A program made the position numbers and the translations under genes. The notes below the pieces were generated by a model that saw nothing but the letters and a program-made list of their open reading frames with translations, did not search any database and had not been told where the DNA came from. Positions 62,801-64,000 of a DNA stretch of 64,000 nt are shown piece after piece. The stretch is from an uncultured delta proteobacterium (GTDB taxonomy: Bacteria > Myxococcota > UBA727 > VGSZ01), in the NCBI GenBank assembly GCA_963775425.1, contig CAVZJB010000003.1:480001-544000 (forward strand), in the 5' to 3' direction. Numbering within the stretch: position 1 is the first letter of the stretch; each line of letters begins with the position of its first letter.

Positions 62801-64000
62801 CCTGCCGGACGCCGGCCGCATCGTCCTTCTCACGGCGGACGACATCACGGAGCACGTGCGGGGGGAGGCGGAGCGTGCCGAGCTCATGGCGGAGGCGAAA
62901 GCCGCCAAGGCCGCCGCCGATGACGCGAACCGCTCAAAGGATCTCTTCTTGGCCATGGTCTCGCACGAGCTGCGGACGCCGCTCTCCAGCCTCGTGATGA
63001 ACGCGCAGCGCCTCCGCAAGGGCAACCTCGGCGAAGAGCAGCTCCGGAGGCTCGGTGAGTCCATCGAGAGGGCATCAAAGGCACAAGCACAGCTCATCGA
63101 CGATCTCCTCGATATCTCTCGCATCGTGGCCGGCAAGCTCAAGATGGAGCTCCATGCCGTCAGCGTGCCGTCCATCGTTCAGATGGCGGTCGATACGGTG
63201 CGCCCGGGCGCCGACAAGAAAGCCGTCGAGCTCGTTGTGCACGTCGACGACTCCGTCCCTCGTGTCGCCGGCGACATCATGCGGCTGCAGCAGGTCGTGT
63301 GGAATCTCTTGAACAACGCGATCAAGTTCACGCCCGAGCGCGGGCGTGTCGTCGTTGCCGTCGACCGGGACGGGGACTATGCGCGAATTCGCGTGACCGA
63401 CACCGGCACCGGAATCGAGGCCGAGTTCCTGCCCCACATCTTCGACCAGTTCAGCCAAGAAGATCGCGAGCGCACGCGCACCCACGGCGGGCTCGGCCTC
63501 GGTCTCTCGATCGTTCGGTACGTGGTCGAGAAGCACGGCGGCACCATCAAGGTGGAGAGCGACGGCAGAGACCGGGGCTCCACCTTCACCGTGCTCCTTC
63601 CCGTGGTCAATCGTCACGCCGAGGCGGCGTTGGGTTCGGGGGAGTCGGGGACCGGCACGCGGCCGAGCATCAAGGGGGCGCGCGTGCTCCTCGTCGAGGA
63701 CGACGTGCAGACCCGTGAGGCGCTGGCGGACATGCTCGCCGTCTGCGGCGCAGTCGTTCACCCCGCCGCGTCGGCGAAGCAGGCGCTCGAAGTGTTCAAG
63801 GATTTTCGCGCCGAGGTGCTCATCTCGGACATCGCGATGCCGGACGAGGACGGCTACAGCCTCATTCGTCGGATTCGTGCGCTCGGTGCGAGCGAAGGCG
63901 GTGACGTACCGGCGGTGGCCCTCAGCGCGCTCGCGGGTGAGGAAGATCGGCGCCGTGCGGAGAAGGCCGGCTTTCAACTGCACATGGCGAAGCCCGTCGA
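59895..64000 (+). CDS. CheB-CheR-coiled-coil-PAS-histidine kinase-receiver hybrid (runs off window; absent from ORF track)
   Basis: Frame from ATG 59895: IVGIGASAGG (CheB), GCSTGEEVYS and CRNVLIY (CheR), EELQSTNEEL, SHELRTPL, NAIKFT, GLGLGL, LLVEDD..SDIAMP..KP. Confidence 0.9.
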   Translation, partial: MTKRDRHATRSGDKTRAPALPARVRASTGFPIVGIGASAGGMEAFVELLRRIPKQTGAAFVLIQHLDPTHASYLSEALGRSTGFPVEESEDGMVIKPDHVYVIPPSADVSIMGGALSLLPRGIDGHKLHLPVDFFFESLAADRGNQAIGVVLSGTGSDGSEGLRAIKAEGGVTLAQDPETAKFRGMPDAAIQAGVVDVVLPIDALAAELVRLARHPFFRSNAAEKAPGPTEDRELRQVLALVRGAVRVDFSEYKLASIRRRVARRMAVRRLATLPEYVQVLRGDRAELQALFEDILIHVTSFFRDAEAFEKLKEVAFPEILTQKRVGGTIRIWCCGCSTGEEVYSLAIALFEFLSKEGASDVPVQIFGTDIAEAAIEKARAGLYPDAAVRDIDAERLARFFVKEEGGYRISKSIRERCAFVKHDLTRDPPFSKLDLVCCRNVLIYFTAELQKRVLATFHFGLNDPGFLLLGGAENIGDGADLFSAVDKESKIFARSAGKSVLRLAPARDVYPIPPPTVDLGPRAPPPADVVKRVESALLDKYTPPGVIVNDRLEILQFRGRTARYLEPPPGPPQHDLLKMARKELVSDLRIAISRARKEKAMVRRSGIRIEENGSTLLCAVVVLPVPLAEPALPAFAVMFEEETAQGPRPVAPAVSGATPPTAPVNEQRYSALEEELERTKQFLETTVDELQRTNEEMMSANEELLSSNEELQSLNEEMETAREELQSTNEELSTLNDELQNRNTELNSANSDLINILGSVEVPIVIVDAERRIRRFTPMARSLLNLLPSDVGRPIDDIKPNLPIDKLDQKIADVIDSVTIHEEQAEGKDGRWYRLQIRPYTTVDKKIDGAVLSIVDIDSLKRALGAAEWARDFATAIVEASPTPNVVLDEQQNIVSSNEAFRETYVVTMATEGRSVYQIQNGAWDFPELRSALERVVKRHGRFRALDVERELPGLGKRWMSLSGRSVVLPDAGRIVLLTADDITEHVRGEAERAELMAEAKAAKAAADDANRSKDLFLAMVSHELRTPLSSLVMNAQRLRKGNLGEEQLRRLGESIERASKAQAQLIDDLLDISRIVAGKLKMELHAVSVPSIVQMAVDTVRPGADKKAVELVVHVDDSVPRVAGDIMRLQQVVWNLLNNAIKFTPERGRVVVAVDRDGDYARIRVTDTGTGIEAEFLPHIFDQFSQEDRERTRTHGGLGLGLSIVRYVVEKHGGTIKVESDGRDRGSTFTVLLPVVNRHAEAALGSGESGTGTRPSIKGARVLLVEDDVQTREALADMLAVCGAVVHPAASAKQALEVFKDFRAEVLISDIAMPDEDGYSLIRRIRALGASEGGDVPAVALSALAGEEDRRRAEKAGFQLHMAKPV

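Overview
High-GC bacterial DNA whose gene content (PEGA, Cys-rich lipoproteins, Hanks kinase, second Hsp70, mevalonate pathway) suggests a Myxococcota/deltaproteobacterial genome. Positions 1-52,000 hold housekeeping and lineage-specific genes: PLD-domain protein, type IV pilin, Ser/Thr kinase-ankyrin fusion, LonC-like protease, coaE, tetraheme cytochrome with system II maturation genes, engB, rimI, a lipoprotein cluster, rpsT, murJ, mazG, a J-protein/Hsp70/Pro-rich TPR module (last gene frameshifted), a TetR-diiron operon, and a divergent mevalonate cluster with a GbsR-type regulator and candidate operator. After tRNA-Val(GAC) at 51988-52062 lies a probable accessory region with a complete N-ATPase operon (atpDCQRBEFAG) and a CheB-CheR hybrid kinase running off the end. 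The most unusual signal is at 25,070-29,450: three unannotated genes, each preceded by the same upstream motif and a sigma-54-like box with an atypical -12 (GGA). They encode a translocator-like protein, a protein ending in a T3SS-needle/rod-like C-terminal motif, and a LysM-like protein. All calls are from reading motifs by eye; no searches were run.
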